A DNA stretch of 64,000 bases from Podarcis tiliguerta (taxonomy: Eukaryota). Each line of letters starts with the position of its first letter. The stretch's first letter is position 1. Position numbers and translations under genes: made by a program. The notes below the pieces were generated by a model, which was not told the origin of the DNA, made no database searches, and saw only the letters and a program-made list of their open reading frames with translations. The DNA is taken from assembly GCA_965153285.1 (NCBI GenBank), contig OZ229115.1, one strand, 5' to 3'. Below, piece after piece: positions 42,492 to 55,900 of this stretch.

Positions 42492-44511
42492 GTAAGTAGC
42501 AGGTATGGAATAGATTTAATATTGCCAAAGTTACCTGAAATGATTTCCAGGCTACTGATGGAATCCAAAGCTCCAAAGTCAATTATGACCTTGTTGCACT
42601 AATATCAGTGATGTAAAATATACTTTATCTAGCGGCTGTTTCATACAGTTTCGCTTTGTTTCCAGTGATAAGTAAAATTAAGATGCTAAAATGTTTTTAA
42701 AAATTAAGATGCTAAATTAGATCACTCTTTGGGGAAGGAATAGCCAAAAATTCCTTTGCAAATCAGGTCAATTTGTGTTCAGGTATAAATTGTACAGTAC
42801 AGGAAAATGTTCTGATGCCTTAGAGCAGTACTCTCCGGATGTTGCTAGACATCACCTTGACTACTGGCTATGCTTGCTGGGGCTGATGGCAGTTAGGAGA
42901 CCAACAATATCTGCAGGCACCATGTAGGATACCCCTGCTATGAAGATAATAATTTTATTATTTATACCCCGCCTATCTGGCTGGGTTTTACAGTGCAAAC
43001 ATTTTCCAGGGCAAACTACCCTTGTTTGTGCACAGGAATGTTTTCCATTCAAACATTTCCAGGAAAGCCACATCACTTCATTTTGAGGAATGAAATGAAC
43101 CTAGTTATCAAGAAAGTAACAACTGGTTCTTTACTGTTAATTTGTTCCTAAATGTTTGTTATGCATTTATGTAAAATGTATCCTGTGGTACAAGGATACT
43201 TCATGAATTTTTCTTTTTTAATCAGTTTTTTTAAGGAGAATAGTTTTGGCTTACCAGCAAACTGCATGGAGTATCTAGAGAACTAAACAATAGCTAACGT
43301 ATGCTCTGTGCTTTACCAAAAAGCAACCACAACGAGATGAATTATTTTAACAAAGGCCAGGGATGGTCAGTGTTCTAAACATGTAAGCCACATGCTTTTG
43401 CACCTAGAATTTTTTTTCTGGACAGTCCATAAAGGAGGATAATCAGAATACCATGAGTGGCTGGAACCACTTCCGTTTCATAACCTAAGACTATGACATA
43501 GGAAAGGCTCGTTTATTTTTAAATATTTGTACTTTTCACAGATTGTCCTTACAAAATTTAAAACAGACTGCTGCTTTAAAAATAATAATTCCACAATCAA
43601 CACAACGAGTAACTCAGCTGCAACTGATAATGTATCAACCAAGTGCCAAAAGCAACATCAGCAAAGCGGCAAAAGATTATGAAATAATTTAAGCAATAAG
43701 CCTAGAAAAATGAAATGGTGTTCAGCTGCTGCCCAAACAATAAAAGCACAAAGCATACATTTTTGGGGGCAGGATGTCTCCAAGATATGGCAAAACTACT
43801 AAGAGCAGTTGGAGCAGGGCCTCTCTGATGACAGTTCACTGTGTAACTTTGTACAAGATGGTCAGGTTTGTATGAGTTGTTGTTGCTGAAGTAGAAGGAA
43901 GTGGCTTATGAATTCAGCCAGCTGGCCAGGGGAAAGGAAATAGAAGACAATCAGGACTCAAAGGGTAGGAATGAATTAAGAGTTTCTCCATGATGGCCAG
44001 CAGTGGTGTACGCACCAGTATGAGAAGGGTGCATCAGGTGTATTTGTACTGGGATTCTCAAAGACTAAATTCCTTAAACTTCCCTTTGGATATCAAAAGT
44101 CCTTTCCAGCAAAACAACTGCTTTTTATAGGGGGTGAGATGGGGTGGGATGCCAAAACAGATAATAAAAGCAAGTCCCAGTCACCCGACAGCAGCTTTGC
44201 TTCAGTTCCAAGAAACTAGCTCTTAATCCATTGCTTTTTTAGGGCAGAGTACAGGATCCATAGATTATGAAGCAAAACAGGATTGTTGCATGATTTGACT
44301 ATACAAAACCATCCCTCCAAATAAGATTGACGATATACCTTCTACTTCTGTTTAGCATGGTAAGACAACAGCCTTTGGTGAAATTGGCTTGCACTGAAAG
44401 GTGCCCTTCTCCTAGCAGAAAGCCTCCTGCAAGGACCCTAAATCCAAAGAAGCTCTTCTATCAGCAATATTTTACACAAAATCTCTTTTTCTAGTCTACT
44501 AGAGCACATAT

Positions 44512-44868
44512 GGGGCGTGGGTGATATTGTGGAATAAACCACAGAGCCCAGGGCTTGCAGAACAAAAGGTGGGCGGTTCGAATCCCTGCAATGGGGTGAG
44601 CTCCCATTGCTCGGTCCCAGCTCCTGCCCACCTAGCAGTTCGAAAGCACGTAAAGTGCAAGTAGATAAATAGGTACTGCTCCAGCGGGAAGATAAACGGC
44701 GTTTCCGTGTGCTGCTCTGGTTCGCCAGAAGCGGCTTAGTCATGCCGGTCACATGACCCGGAAGCTGTCTGCGAACAAATGCCGGCTCCCTCGGCCTACA
44801 GAGCGAGATGAGCGCGCAACCCCAGAGTTGTCTGCGATGGGCCTAGCGGTCAGGGGTACCTTTACCTT
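44512..44868 (+). mobile_element. Sauria SINE, full length (ANGPTL3 intron 1)
   Basis: GGTTCGAATCCC B-box, GGGGTACCTTTACCTT tail, 12-bp TSD TAGAGCACATAT. Confidence 0.92.
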
Positions 44869-44895
44869 TAGAGCACATATACTACAAATCCAAAT

Positions 44896-45085
44896 CAGGG
44901 GTGGAAAACCTGCAACCCTTCAGATGTTGGTGAACTTGCTCACCAACTGCTTTGAGGGTTTTTGTACAATAAAGCAGTATATACATTTTATGAAATAAAC
45001 TCCAACATCCCTCAGCCACAGCCAGCATGGCTGATGCAAGTTGTAGTCCACCAAAATCTGGAAGGCCACAAATTCCCTATCCCTG
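44896..45085. mobile_element. Palindromic hAT MITE, diverged
   Basis: CAGGGGTGGAAAACC ... TTCCCTATCCCTG. Confidence 0.6.
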
Positions 45086-45254
45086 GCCTAGATCCTCTGT
45101 ACTCTGCATATTTCTCATGCTGTAAAACACTGACTCCACACTGAAATACATCAGCCAGAGCTTGATCAAAAGGTCATGGACCTGCACTATTAAATTTTCT
45201 CCTTCTGCTTCATGGTCCTTTGAAACCAAGCCACTGTTTATGCTCTCCCTGCAG

Positions 45255-45365
45255 AACTTCGTCGAGCAGCAGGACAACCACCTCAGATCCCTTCTTAAAA
45301 GAGTTCAAGCGCAGCATGTTCAAATTGGCAAACAACAAGAACAAATAGAAGACCTGGAAGAGAAG
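45255..45365 (+). CDS. ANGPTL3: ANGPTL3 exon 2 (111 nt) NFVEQQDNHLRSLLKRVQAQ...DLEEK
   Basis: tgcag| ... |gtaac, phase 0-0. Confidence 0.94.
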
Positions 45366-45971
45366 GTAACATTCCTGCTTTACCAATGTCCTCCTCCAAA
45401 TCAGGGCAGTCTTTTCAGGGATATTAGGTGATTTTTGAGACAGCTGGGAACTGAGAAAGAGGTAAAGGGTGCGGAAATGGGGAGAAATAAAGAACTGATG
45501 GGGAAAGTACAAACTACTGAATAAATAGCAAAGTGGACAGGGAATAACTCATCTTAGACGATGATTTAATAATTTCAATGCATTTCCATCATGCTCTAAG
45601 ATAATTTGTGGACACTATGTGTCTTCACTGTGTATTCCCAATGTAGCTCCAGGATTGGAATGGAAAAATAACATTTCCTTGTATTTCAACTTGAAAAACT
45701 CCGAAAACACTTCCTTCAGCTAACGATTTTTACCACTCTTGTAGTAAAATAAATTGGGCCTGCCCCACACATGACTGTATAAATGTATTGGGGAGGGGAA
45801 ATGCTTCATTCTCAGGAATTCTCTTGTAAAGATAAGAGGTCTCTACCATCAGTAAACCACTTCTCCCCATTTTGTTATCTCAATATACCTGGGCTCCAAA
45901 GTATCAGTAGATGAATGACAAACTTTACTAACAAAAAACAGACTAATAATAATAATTCTCTGTCTCCCCAG

Positions 45972-46083
45972 CTAAGCAGCCCTGGTTTTCAAGACAACAC
46001 ACAGACTTTATTCCCCTTGAGAGAAGAAAATGAAACAAGGCAAACTAAACTTAATACAACAGCTAGAGTTCAAGATTACAAAG
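45972..46083 (+). CDS. ANGPTL3: ANGPTL3 exon 3 (112 nt), linker LSSPGFQDNTQTLFPLREENETRQTKLNTTARVQDYK
   Basis: cccag| ... |gtaac, phase 0-1; fits between exons 2 and 4. Confidence 0.88.
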
Positions 46084-46551
46084 GTAACTGCCCCTGTGGA
46101 AGAAGAAGAAACAAGTAATTCTTGTGTACACTGTCATCTGTGAATACTGTTCTAGTATACATTTTTCTACGAGTATACATCTTTGAACACCACACTGTTA
46201 AATTCTCTTTGTTACTGTTGTTGGAAAACCAAGTGTGGCCTTCCACAACATGTTGCAGTGTATCTTCCCTCCAAAAAAGGAAAGCTCCTATTTAGGCTTC
46301 CAGTCATCCATTCCCTACAAGTAGGACATTCTACTCTTTGTCCTCCCCACTCCCTGCTCAATTATTTTTTCAACTGTCACTGTTCATTCTGTTGTTAACG
46401 AACATGCTCATTTGGCTGTTTTGATGGAGTTTGTCCATTTAGGGTTGTTTTCTTTTTAAAAGCTTATTTCTGCAAGTCGCAAGTTTTCCCCAAGCATGCC
46501 AATACCTCCTTCTCAGAGGCCATTTTGGCTACCATTTTGTCTGCGCTACCA

Positions 46552-46903
46552 ACTGGATGGGATAATGTGACATATTAAAAATAATAACAATCTAAAGAAG
46601 AATGGGAACCTTTTACAAAGTACTTAAAGAAACAACAAAATGAACTGGACTCCTTGGCAGGTTTTGAATAAACATTCACAAACCTTTTCTTGGTAATATA
46701 TAGATAGATAAATTAAGGATATTTACAATTTTATAACATGAAGAGAATAACCTGTGCTGAAAAATCAGAGAGAGGAGCTGAGGGAAATCCGGGTGTGTGT
46801 GTGTTCCTTTTTGGGGAGGGGAAAAATGGGAGTGGTGAATGAGGATAAAATGTTATGTTGAAATTCATAATAAAAATATTCAAAAAAATAATTTAAAAAA
46901 AAC
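46552..46903 (+). mobile_element. L1-like LINE 3' fragment
   Basis: KEEWEPFTKYLKKQQNELDSLAGFE* ORF2-like C-terminus, followed by a G-rich 3' UTR and A-rich tail. Confidence 0.55.
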
Positions 46904-47051
46904 AATCAAAGGAATGATTCACAGCATTCTTTACTACAATATCATCACCCAAGTCCCTGCCACAATACTGAGTGCATTTCAGTGTGCCTTAAACTCACCC
47001 CGCAGGACTTTAGTCATGCATTTGTAACTTTTAAAATCTTGTTGTTCTTAG

Positions 47052-47165
47052 GAAATGCTACTGATTGCATGTGGATATACAGCAGAGGTGAAAGATCTAG
47101 TGGCATTTATTCTATTAAGCCCAGAGGATCCGAGCCTTTTAATGTCTACTGTGAAATCAAAGCAG
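47052..47165 (+). CDS. ANGPTL3: ANGPTL3 exon 4 (114 nt) GNATDCMWIYSRGERSSGIYSIKP...VYCEIKA (fibrinogen domain start)
   Basis: cttag| ... |gtaag, phase 1-1. Confidence 0.94.
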
Positions 47166-47686
47166 GTAAGTCCAGCTACACCAGGGACCATCTAATTCTC
47201 CTGCTAAAAATCATTATGGACTTCATTTTCTGCCCTGAATGATGTTAAGTGTTCCATTAGGGAAACATAGGAAGTTACCGTATACTAAGTCAGGCCCATC
47301 TAGCTCAGTATCAGTTTAACTACAGTTGGTCAATAGTTAACTAGGATTACCAAATAAAAAAATGGTGCTGTCAGTAGGATCAATTATTTATGTTCCAACT
47401 GGGTCAGATGAGGATGCCACGACAGAATAATCATCACAACTAAACCTCTTCCAGCAGTGGACAAGTGGCATAGACAACTTTCACACCCATGCATGAAATT
47501 CCCATGGGAGTAAATTCAATGAATTTTTTTCTATATTTAACTGCATTAAAAAGCATTCATGGGGGGCACAATATGGACTGGGCCTATGTTTGATGCAGTC
47601 CAAAACTAGGGAGGAGGGCAATAAAGCAGGTAATATTTATAGTTTATAGTTTATAGGTAAGTTTATTTATCTTTTTTCATACACAG

Positions 47687-47782
47687 AAAGTGCATGGACA
47701 GTTATTCAAAACAGATCTGATGGATCACTAGATTTCAACCAAACCTGGGAGAACTATATTAATGGATTTGGCAACCTGGATG
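47687..47782 (+). CDS. ANGPTL3: ANGPTL3 exon 5 (96 nt) ESAWTVIQNRSDGSLDFNQTWENYINGFGNLD
   Basis: cacag| ... |gtaaa; WTVIQxRxDGS fibrinogen motif. Confidence 0.95.
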
Positions 47783-50700
47783 GTAAATACATTCTCTTAC
47801 ATTTCCCTAAATAATTGAAGTATTTTTATGTGCTAAAATAGTAGTTGACTGTGTTTTACGTAAACATCAACATGTTAAAGTAAGTGAAAAACACCTTTGG
47901 GAAAATAAGGGATGATTCACATTTGCATGTTTTAAACAGGTTAGCTTTCTTCACCCCCATTGTTTTGATCTGAATTGGTGCACAGTGAACAGCTTGAGAC
48001 TCAATCTACCCTTGCACTAACCCACAGAGCCTCAAAGGCATGATGTCCCTCTAAAGACCAGTTTGCTAAAAGCACATGCAAGATGGGTTAACAGAAAAGA
48101 AGTTAATCAGAATGAATAACCTGTCAAAACTGGGTTTGATGGATAGATTCTAATATACCTACCACTCAGATGTTTAAAATACATACAATGTAGATTAAGA
48201 AAAATATACCCTGCACTTCAGATACATATCCACCTTCATGTTTACATGTACAGAACATTTTTGCTTAGGGCTTAAAACCGTTGACTAAGTCTATCAGGCA
48301 TTTGACTGATGCAGATGACCTGTACAACACCAAACTGAGATGTACAGTTCATGTGGATGAATCCAAGAATTTAGTTGATTTATGTACTGCTTGGCAATCC
48401 CAATCACTACCTTCTTCTATCCTGCCCTCACCCCACTATAACCATGTAATACAAGGAGAATCTTGCATGGCAACTGCTGCAGTTCCATGCAATGCAAGAT
48501 AGGCAGGGCTCAACCTGACCATTTCACAGAATCACCCTCTTCAGTTTTCACAATTTACTGCACCCTTTTGCAGGCACAAGACTCCCCTCTGTGTTTTTAG
48601 TGTGAAGCTTTTCCCTGGCACTGGCAAAGCAGCACTGGCAGCTGCTGTGCTATTATCAAGAGGTAGTGCCTGCTTTTGTTACTTCAAAAACTTTCCAAGT
48701 TGAGTGAGTGAGGAAGTATGTAAGGAGGCACTTTCTAGGTGTCTAAAATACAGTACTAAAGTACTAAAGATCTGTAAACATAGCAATGCAGACAAAAAGA
48801 TATTTCTATTATCTCAATGTTTTTTAAGGAAAATATTGGACCAAATGAGGCCAGAAAATACTCAAGAAACTTTACAGCATATTATAATTAAACTACATAA
48901 TATACAGTAGAAAAGTTGCCATGTAGTGACTGATACAACAGGCGGTTTTCATGCATATCACACAGTGAATAGCGCTGGGTCAACATAAAGCTCAATGGGT
49001 TTCCGCTGAAACAAAATCCTGGTTTCTAAACTTAACCAGCCAATCATCCCATCAGAGGACCAGGCAGAAAGAAACCACCCTTATTTGCACTGGTTAATCA
49101 TCCACTTGGGACACCAAGGTGCAGGCTAACAGACACATCATCCAGCACACTTTGCTAAAGGTATGTTCCAAGCTGCTTCTACAGAGGTGCTAAAGGGGGG
49201 CAAGAATTTAAGTGGCAACCCTGTTTGGCCACCAGGACAGGGAGCAACATATATTAGCAATTATCCTGAAATCACTTAGTGAAGTCCTGAAATATTTTGG
49301 TCCATAAGTAGTTTGATTGGCTTCATTATCATTACTCGCAAAACCATAATTTCAAGATTGCAAAGTCAATTTTATACACCTGGAGCTGGACTAAACTAAC
49401 CTGGTGCGCTAGTGGAAGCCAGTGAAAGAACTCATGGTGCAATGGGCCTCCTCCTTCTCCTCAATCTGCTCTGGGGGGGTCAGGAGAAGTCCCAGAATAG
49501 TGTGCAAGCAGAGGAGAGGGGAGATTCTGCCTGGAATGCAGAAATGTTTGCACTTACAGAACAGTTGTAATAGCATGGTCTTCAATTCCACCCCTAGCAT
49601 CTAGGGATGTCTCAAAACATCTATTCTATTACTTACATGAAGTTGAATAATACAGTCAAATCACTGGTCCATCCAGCAATGGCTCTCCAAGATCTCACGC
49701 AAAGAGCCATTTCCTACTATTGCCATCCAAGATCCTTGTTACTAAAAGCTCCTGGGGACTGAACTCAGGATGTTAGAGATGCTAAGGAAATGCTGTTATC
49801 AGTAAATTATGGGCCTTTCTAGCTGTTATTTGCTATGTAGAGCAGACATGTCTAACATCAAAGACTCTCTTCTTAAACCAGAGTGCTATTGGATTCCGAC
49901 CAAATGTTACTGGATTCCAACTCCCATCAGTCCCAGACATCATCCAGCAACATCTGGAGGGCCAGGAGTTTCCCACCCCTGCCCTAAAATTCATTACATA
50001 GAAAATATTTCCACAAAATGTGACCGACCATGAGTTTGATGGTTTGCAGTTCACTTGAACTCATGGACAGTTTGTTCCAAAGAGAGGTAGGGAAAATCCA
50101 AATAAATTTAGCATGTGCGACACTGCAAAAATGTCTGAACGATCACAAGGTCTTCTTAAGGAAAAACTTCACATGTAGATTAACTCAAAAAGTCGTTAAG
50201 TGCCATGTCCCCATTTCCTCCCAGCTGGGACCTGTGTTATATAATTTGCATTGAAGACACAAACAAGCTCTGTGCAATTTCATTTCCTCCTAATAGCTAC
50301 AAATTGTTTTGGCATTCCCATAGCTTGTTACAGGTATTTTCAGTCCTCCTTATATTAATTGGAAACTATGGTAGCTCCATTTATGACATGAGATTGGATT
50401 GTCTATGGTGTATGAAAGACCCCACAACAATATTGTTCTCAATATGATATTTTGCATTTTTTGTTTTTACATTAATGGTCTTCATTAAAAAATACTGCCC
50501 CCTACATAAAGCTCAAGCACCTGGTTCACATCACACAGGAAGCCAAGCTGTGGTTCAAGAGTGAATCTTCCTTTAAAAAAAAAGAGTTCATAAGGTGAAC
50601 TTTTGAAATCAGAGCTTTAAGAAACGCTGACTTGGGGAGAAAGTTGATAATACTTTCCCACAGCAGCAAAATCAAAGTTGAAACAGAAATTTCATCATTA

Positions 50701-51420
50701 CATTGTATAAAGTTTGCCTGGTGGTGAAATCTGAAACATAAATGCAAAATCACATGTTTGTTTTAAAAGGGTACATTTTATCTTTTCCACTATTTCTTGC
50801 TCAAATGTCCTCTCATTTACCTTTGCCAATTTGGAATTTGGCCCAACTTTAGTGAAAAAATGCCTTAATGTAGTTATTCTGGAAAAAAGGTAGAAGAAAA
50901 TACAACTATTTTTAAAAAGTAGAATCCAATGTGCACTTACTTCTAAGAAAACATGCTTAGTTTTGCACTCCATGTAATTCACTTAGAATGTTCAATTTAA
51001 ATGTGCTGTGGTAAATGACACTACCTAAACGCCTATTAAGAGTGCATTCCTTTCTCATGGCTGACACTCCATTTCCATAGCAATTAAATTTTATATATGC
51101 CACTCGCTTCACTTATCAGAGAGATTCATTCACACACTTTTGTTAAGTATGCCTTGCATTATCCCTGGCAGACTCTGGCAAGCTGCAAAGTTCCATTCCG
51201 TTCATATTTAGTTTTAGTTTCCTGTTTTAATTGATCATTAGTGCATAATCTAAAAGTTGTAAACAAAAAAGAGATATCTCCAAGAGAGATTATCTGAAAA
51301 GTTCAAGGGTTCCCAAGACTCAGGTTGTCTGCTTAATTAACCGAATTAGTAACTCTAACTTGCTTATGTCTTGCCATCAGCCTAAGCTAATAGTTCGGTC
51401 TGTGCAATTTGTATTTTCAG

Positions 51421-51693
51421 GAGAATTTTGGCTGGGCCTACAAAAGATCTATTCCATTGTAAACCAAGGTGACCACATCCTGCGTATTGAGCTGGAAGAC
51501 TCAAGAGCTAACCAACGTTATATTGAATACACATTCACCATGGGAGGTTCAGAAACAGACTACACTGCTCTTCTCTCCAGGATTACTGGGAATATCCCTA
51601 ATGTTCTGCCTGAACAGAAAGAAGTGAAGTTCTCTACAAAAGATCACAACAGCAACACTGAAAGAAAAGTCAACTGTCCAGAAAACAATTCAG
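51421..51693 (+). CDS. ANGPTL3: ANGPTL3 exon 6 (273 nt) GEFWLGLQKIYSIV...FSTKDH...NCPENNS
   Basis: ttcag| ... |gtagt, phase 1-1. Confidence 0.95.
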
Positions 51694-52097
51694 GTAGTCT
51701 TTTTTGTACAAGCTTCTGCTTTAGTTTTTCTCATAAATCCGGGGGGGGGGGGGTACACTGTGGAAGATATAACTGCAACTTTGTCTACAAAACTTATATA
51801 TTCCCTGTTCTGAAAAATGAAGCATTAGGAACCAGAAGCAAATTCTGAAGAACAACTGGGTATGTTGGGTGAGGGACTGCACATCTGAGTGATCAATCAT
51901 GTTTAGAAACAAACTTATCTGCACTCAGAAAGCTAGCATGTCATAGACACTATAACTTTTTTGCCTCAATATGGTATTTTATAAATGTATATTTAATATG
52001 GAGAAGTATCCAGTTGTGTAATTTTCCACATGCATTCTGTACTATCTTGGAAGGCTACATCTCATCAATCTCTGAACATGTGACTCACCTTCTAGTG

Positions 52098-52227
52098 CAG
52101 GGATGGATAACCTGTGGCCCTCCAGATGTTGGTGTAACTCCCATCCTCTCTATTGGCCATGCTGGCTGGGGCTGCTGGGTGTTGGAGACCAACAACATCT
52201 GCAATGGCACAGGTTGCCCCATCCTTG
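52098..52227. mobile_element. Palindromic hAT MITE
   Basis: CAGGGATGGATAACCTGTG...CACAGGTTGCCCCATCCTTG; TSD (T/C)TCTAGTG. Confidence 0.8.
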
Positions 52228-52763
52228 CTCTAGTGTTTCTCTCCCATATATTTCTAGTCCCTAACTGAACATCAGGCAGAACTTTAGGAAACAGAAAAAG
52301 AACTAAAAAGTGAAGTGATCTGGCAAAGATCTAAAAAGAGAGAGCGTAGCACACAGGAATAACGAACTGGTGACATGATTTCCTGTAGAGCACCTCCAAG
52401 TAAATCCGCAAGAAGTGCTGGTATTCTATATACTTTCTCCTTAAATCGGGCAAATACGTTATTCTGAAATTCTCTTTTCTGCCCCCTCCAATGTGGAAAA
52501 TTCAAATTTGCAGCATGAATCAGTAAGTTATTTTAATTCATTTGCAGTTCAATCCTATTTATTTTACTTCCTCTAATAAATGTAGATAACCATGAAACCG
52601 TATAAAGTTCACCTCTGAGCGTCAGTTTTACTGAGAATGTAAGTGTTTGAGATCGATAGGAGTGCTGTGGGGGGTATTAAATCTGACACTGGTTAATTAA
52701 GTTAAAATAGAATGAATTCTTTTTTAAAAAATAAATAAATGGCGCTTATAATTTCATCTTCAG

Positions 52764-52948
52764 GTGGCTGGTGGCATACGGCATGTGAAGAAACAAACTT
52801 GAATGGAAAATATATCAAGTCAAGTTCAAGAGGAAAACTGGAACGGAAAAAGAGAGTGCTCTATTGGAAGCCTCAGAAAGGAAGGCCCTATTTTATCAAA
52901 TCAACCAAACTGATGATACATTCTACAGATTTTGAAAATTTTGACTGA
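52764..52948 (+). CDS. ANGPTL3: ANGPTL3 exon 7 CDS (185 nt) GGWWHTACEETNLNGKY...STDFENFD*
   Basis: ttcag| ... TGA; total CDS 1380 nt = 459 aa plus stop. Confidence 0.95.
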
Positions 52949-52971
52949 GCATCACCATTTGGAGTCTATCT

Positions 52972-52977
52972 AATAAA
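52972..52977 (+). terminator. Candidate ANGPTL3 proximal poly(A) signal AATAAA
   Basis: First AATAAA, 23 nt after the stop codon; further AATAAA hexamers occur near 53.66, 53.84 and 54.09 kb. Confidence 0.45.
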
Positions 52978-55900
52978 GCACATTATACCTTTGTCAGAGC
53001 CAAGTGAAGGCACTTTTCAGTACTCAGGCGAAAGAATTCTATTGTACCTTAATGATATATTTTGTTTCTGTGGCCACCATATACAAAAACACAGTATGGT
53101 CAAACGATGGGCTGAGTAATGGAAACAGACAAATGCAGCCAGTTTTTTAGGATTGTTGCTGGCTCTAGAAACCCACGGCTAGCAAGCTTTCCTTAGCTTT
53201 CCTAAGGATAGCTATATCTGAAGATGTTTACCATACCAGTGGGAAGGAAGAAGGGAAAAGCTTGCCCCAGGTAGGGCTTGAGCTTCCCTACCTTCCCTCC
53301 TTTCTCTCAACAGCAGAACTTGTACTACAGGGGAGTTAGGAGAAGCCAACATTACAGGGAAGAAGCGTGGCAAGGAGAAATCTTAGGGCAGAACGAAATA
53401 TGATGCCCAGGACAGCAGATCACCAGCCCACCTGGTTTTCCTAGCCTGGCCCAGCCTGTATCACCATAGAAGAGAATTCAGTCACTTCATTTTGATGGCA
53501 GAAAATAAGCTACTGCTTTCAGGAAACATTTAGGGGACCATAACCTATTACCATGGATCTCAATGTCACCATAGGCATGGGGGAAGGCTTTGCCCTTTAG
53601 AGGAAAATGTCACTGTTCTCTGTTCAAATCAACAGCTTTCATGGATCTCTATGGAATGAAATAAACAGGGTGCAATGCAGTTCACAGCTTAGGGGGAGCA
53701 AGGCCTGTCTCTTTGAATGAAGGCTGAAGTCGTTTGTATGAGCGAGAACAGACATGCTTTTTACTACACAACACCTGTGACCTACTATAGCTGGTACACA
53801 CCTCTACCTATATAAGAGATTCCACTGAACTGGATGGCACAAAATAAATCTGCTCCATTCTGTGGAGTGTAAAATTTGATTCCTGCCTAGTAGCTGCTTC
53901 TACCCTAGTGACACAGAAAAGTGCACCCCCTTCGCTTCTTCTCTATTGAATAATGTCTGCCATTCACCCCTCCAGAATTTAGGACACCACTGTGGTGATT
54001 GTAGCCTCCCACAATTCCTTGCACTAGCCTCTGCTGAGAGAAGGGAAAGGAAATGACGCCACTTGCACATCAAGCTAAGCCAAGAATAAATGAGCTCGAG
54101 CGAAGTATTGGGGTTGTGTTCTCCCCTTTCCTCCTACCATGTAGTTGGGAGGACTTCTGTCAAGTTTGGTTTCTCTTTTACATGTTACACTTAATGCATG
54201 GCATGTAGCTGTGTCTGTTTCTTCTTCTTCTTTTGAAATCTAGTATTTAACCCTTTGAATTTCATTGCTGAAGACACAGTAAAGTATCTCTCACAGCTGC
54301 TGTGGAGTACCTTAAATGAAGTGTCATATTGCAAATTCATATTAGATCTGCTGCAGGCCTCAAAGCTTTGAAAATCTTTACGCTGATCCTCTGCTTGGCT
54401 CAATGACATTTGCTGAATAAACAAATCTGATATCATTTACATTAGCAAACTCATGACCCATTTCTAATAATAAGGAATTTTTCACTTTTTAGTAATATAA
54501 TGTAAATAAGGATCCAGATCCATCACTTTTAGAAATAGATTTCCCTCTTCAGTGGCCCGCCACCTCTCCAAGAAAAAGGAAAGTATCTTTCATCCCAGTT
54601 ATATAACAAGGCCCTCTGTAAAGATTACATGACTGTATTATACATATATTATTTGGTAGCACTGTGTCCTTGGGAAGACTTTTACCTGCCTTGATTTATT
54701 GCACACTCCCTGATGGTTGGCTGACCACAATTATTATCCCTCTGCCCTAATCCCTAAAAATATACTTAGTTGAAAAGAGACATGGAATTGCCTTCCAAAT
54801 TCTCTTCCTGATTTGGCATTGAAGTTAATTAAATTTCTCCTTGAGAAACAAGAAATTTGGCCTGTTCCCAGAAGAACAGTCAGGTTTTAGAGAAAGCTGT
54901 TTCTCGGATAAAAGAATTTTCAGTTATTCATACGTGATGGCTAAATACAGTTTTCAGAAATATAACTCTTTCCAGCCTTCATCTATTAAAAAAAATTAAG
55001 ACTCTCCACATAAAACCAAATTTGGGAGAAATCACTTTTCAGCTCAGTTAAGCTGTTGGGGGTTGTTGCTTGTTTGTTTTTTGGCCTAGAGTATTGTGCT
55101 GCAGTAAATCAGATTTGGAGATCCTCTTCGATTCCAACTTCCAATATTGTTCGACTCCCAATTTCCATTGGGCCAGTCAGCATGACCAACGGTCAGGAAT
55201 AATGTTATGTATTTATATTGGTTCTTATATTGTAAACCACCCTGTGATCTTTGGATGAAGGGTGGTATAGAATTATTTATTTTTATTTTTATTATTAATG
55301 GAAGCTGAAATTCAACCACATCTAGAGGGCTTCCCCATCCCTGCTGTAAATTATGCAGCAAAGCTTTTGGAAGCACGTCAGCTCTGGAGTGGCTTAATAA
55401 CCTTGGTTACAAAAGGACATCATCCCAATGTAATGAGACAATTTAGATCTTGTAACTTCACAGTGCCTAACAAACTGAAGTTCAGTCTTGATTTTTATAG
55501 CATCAATAACCAAAATGGATGATGGCATGCCATGAAACCATGTGCTTTACCCTGCTCTTATGATATACCTCCATCCAGGTATTCTTGCAAATGGCATCAG
55601 ACCAGACAAGACCATGGAGACATCTCCTATGTGCAAGTGACTAAATGTGCAAGTGGTTAAATGTGAATCAGGCCTCAGTTTTCTTATTACAAGCAGTTCC
55701 CCAAATGAAAAAAGTTGCTTCAGACTACCCTAGCACTAGATTAGCTAAACAGAAGACAGAAGGACTTCCAAGGAAGGAGTCAGATAATTGCGGAGTGTAT
55801 CGATTCTGAAAGTTCGGTGGGGAGCAACTGTGAAAGGAAAGAAGCGCTCTCCAAGATGGAATCAGATACTTGTCTAGAGAGCTAATATATTGGGAAGGAA

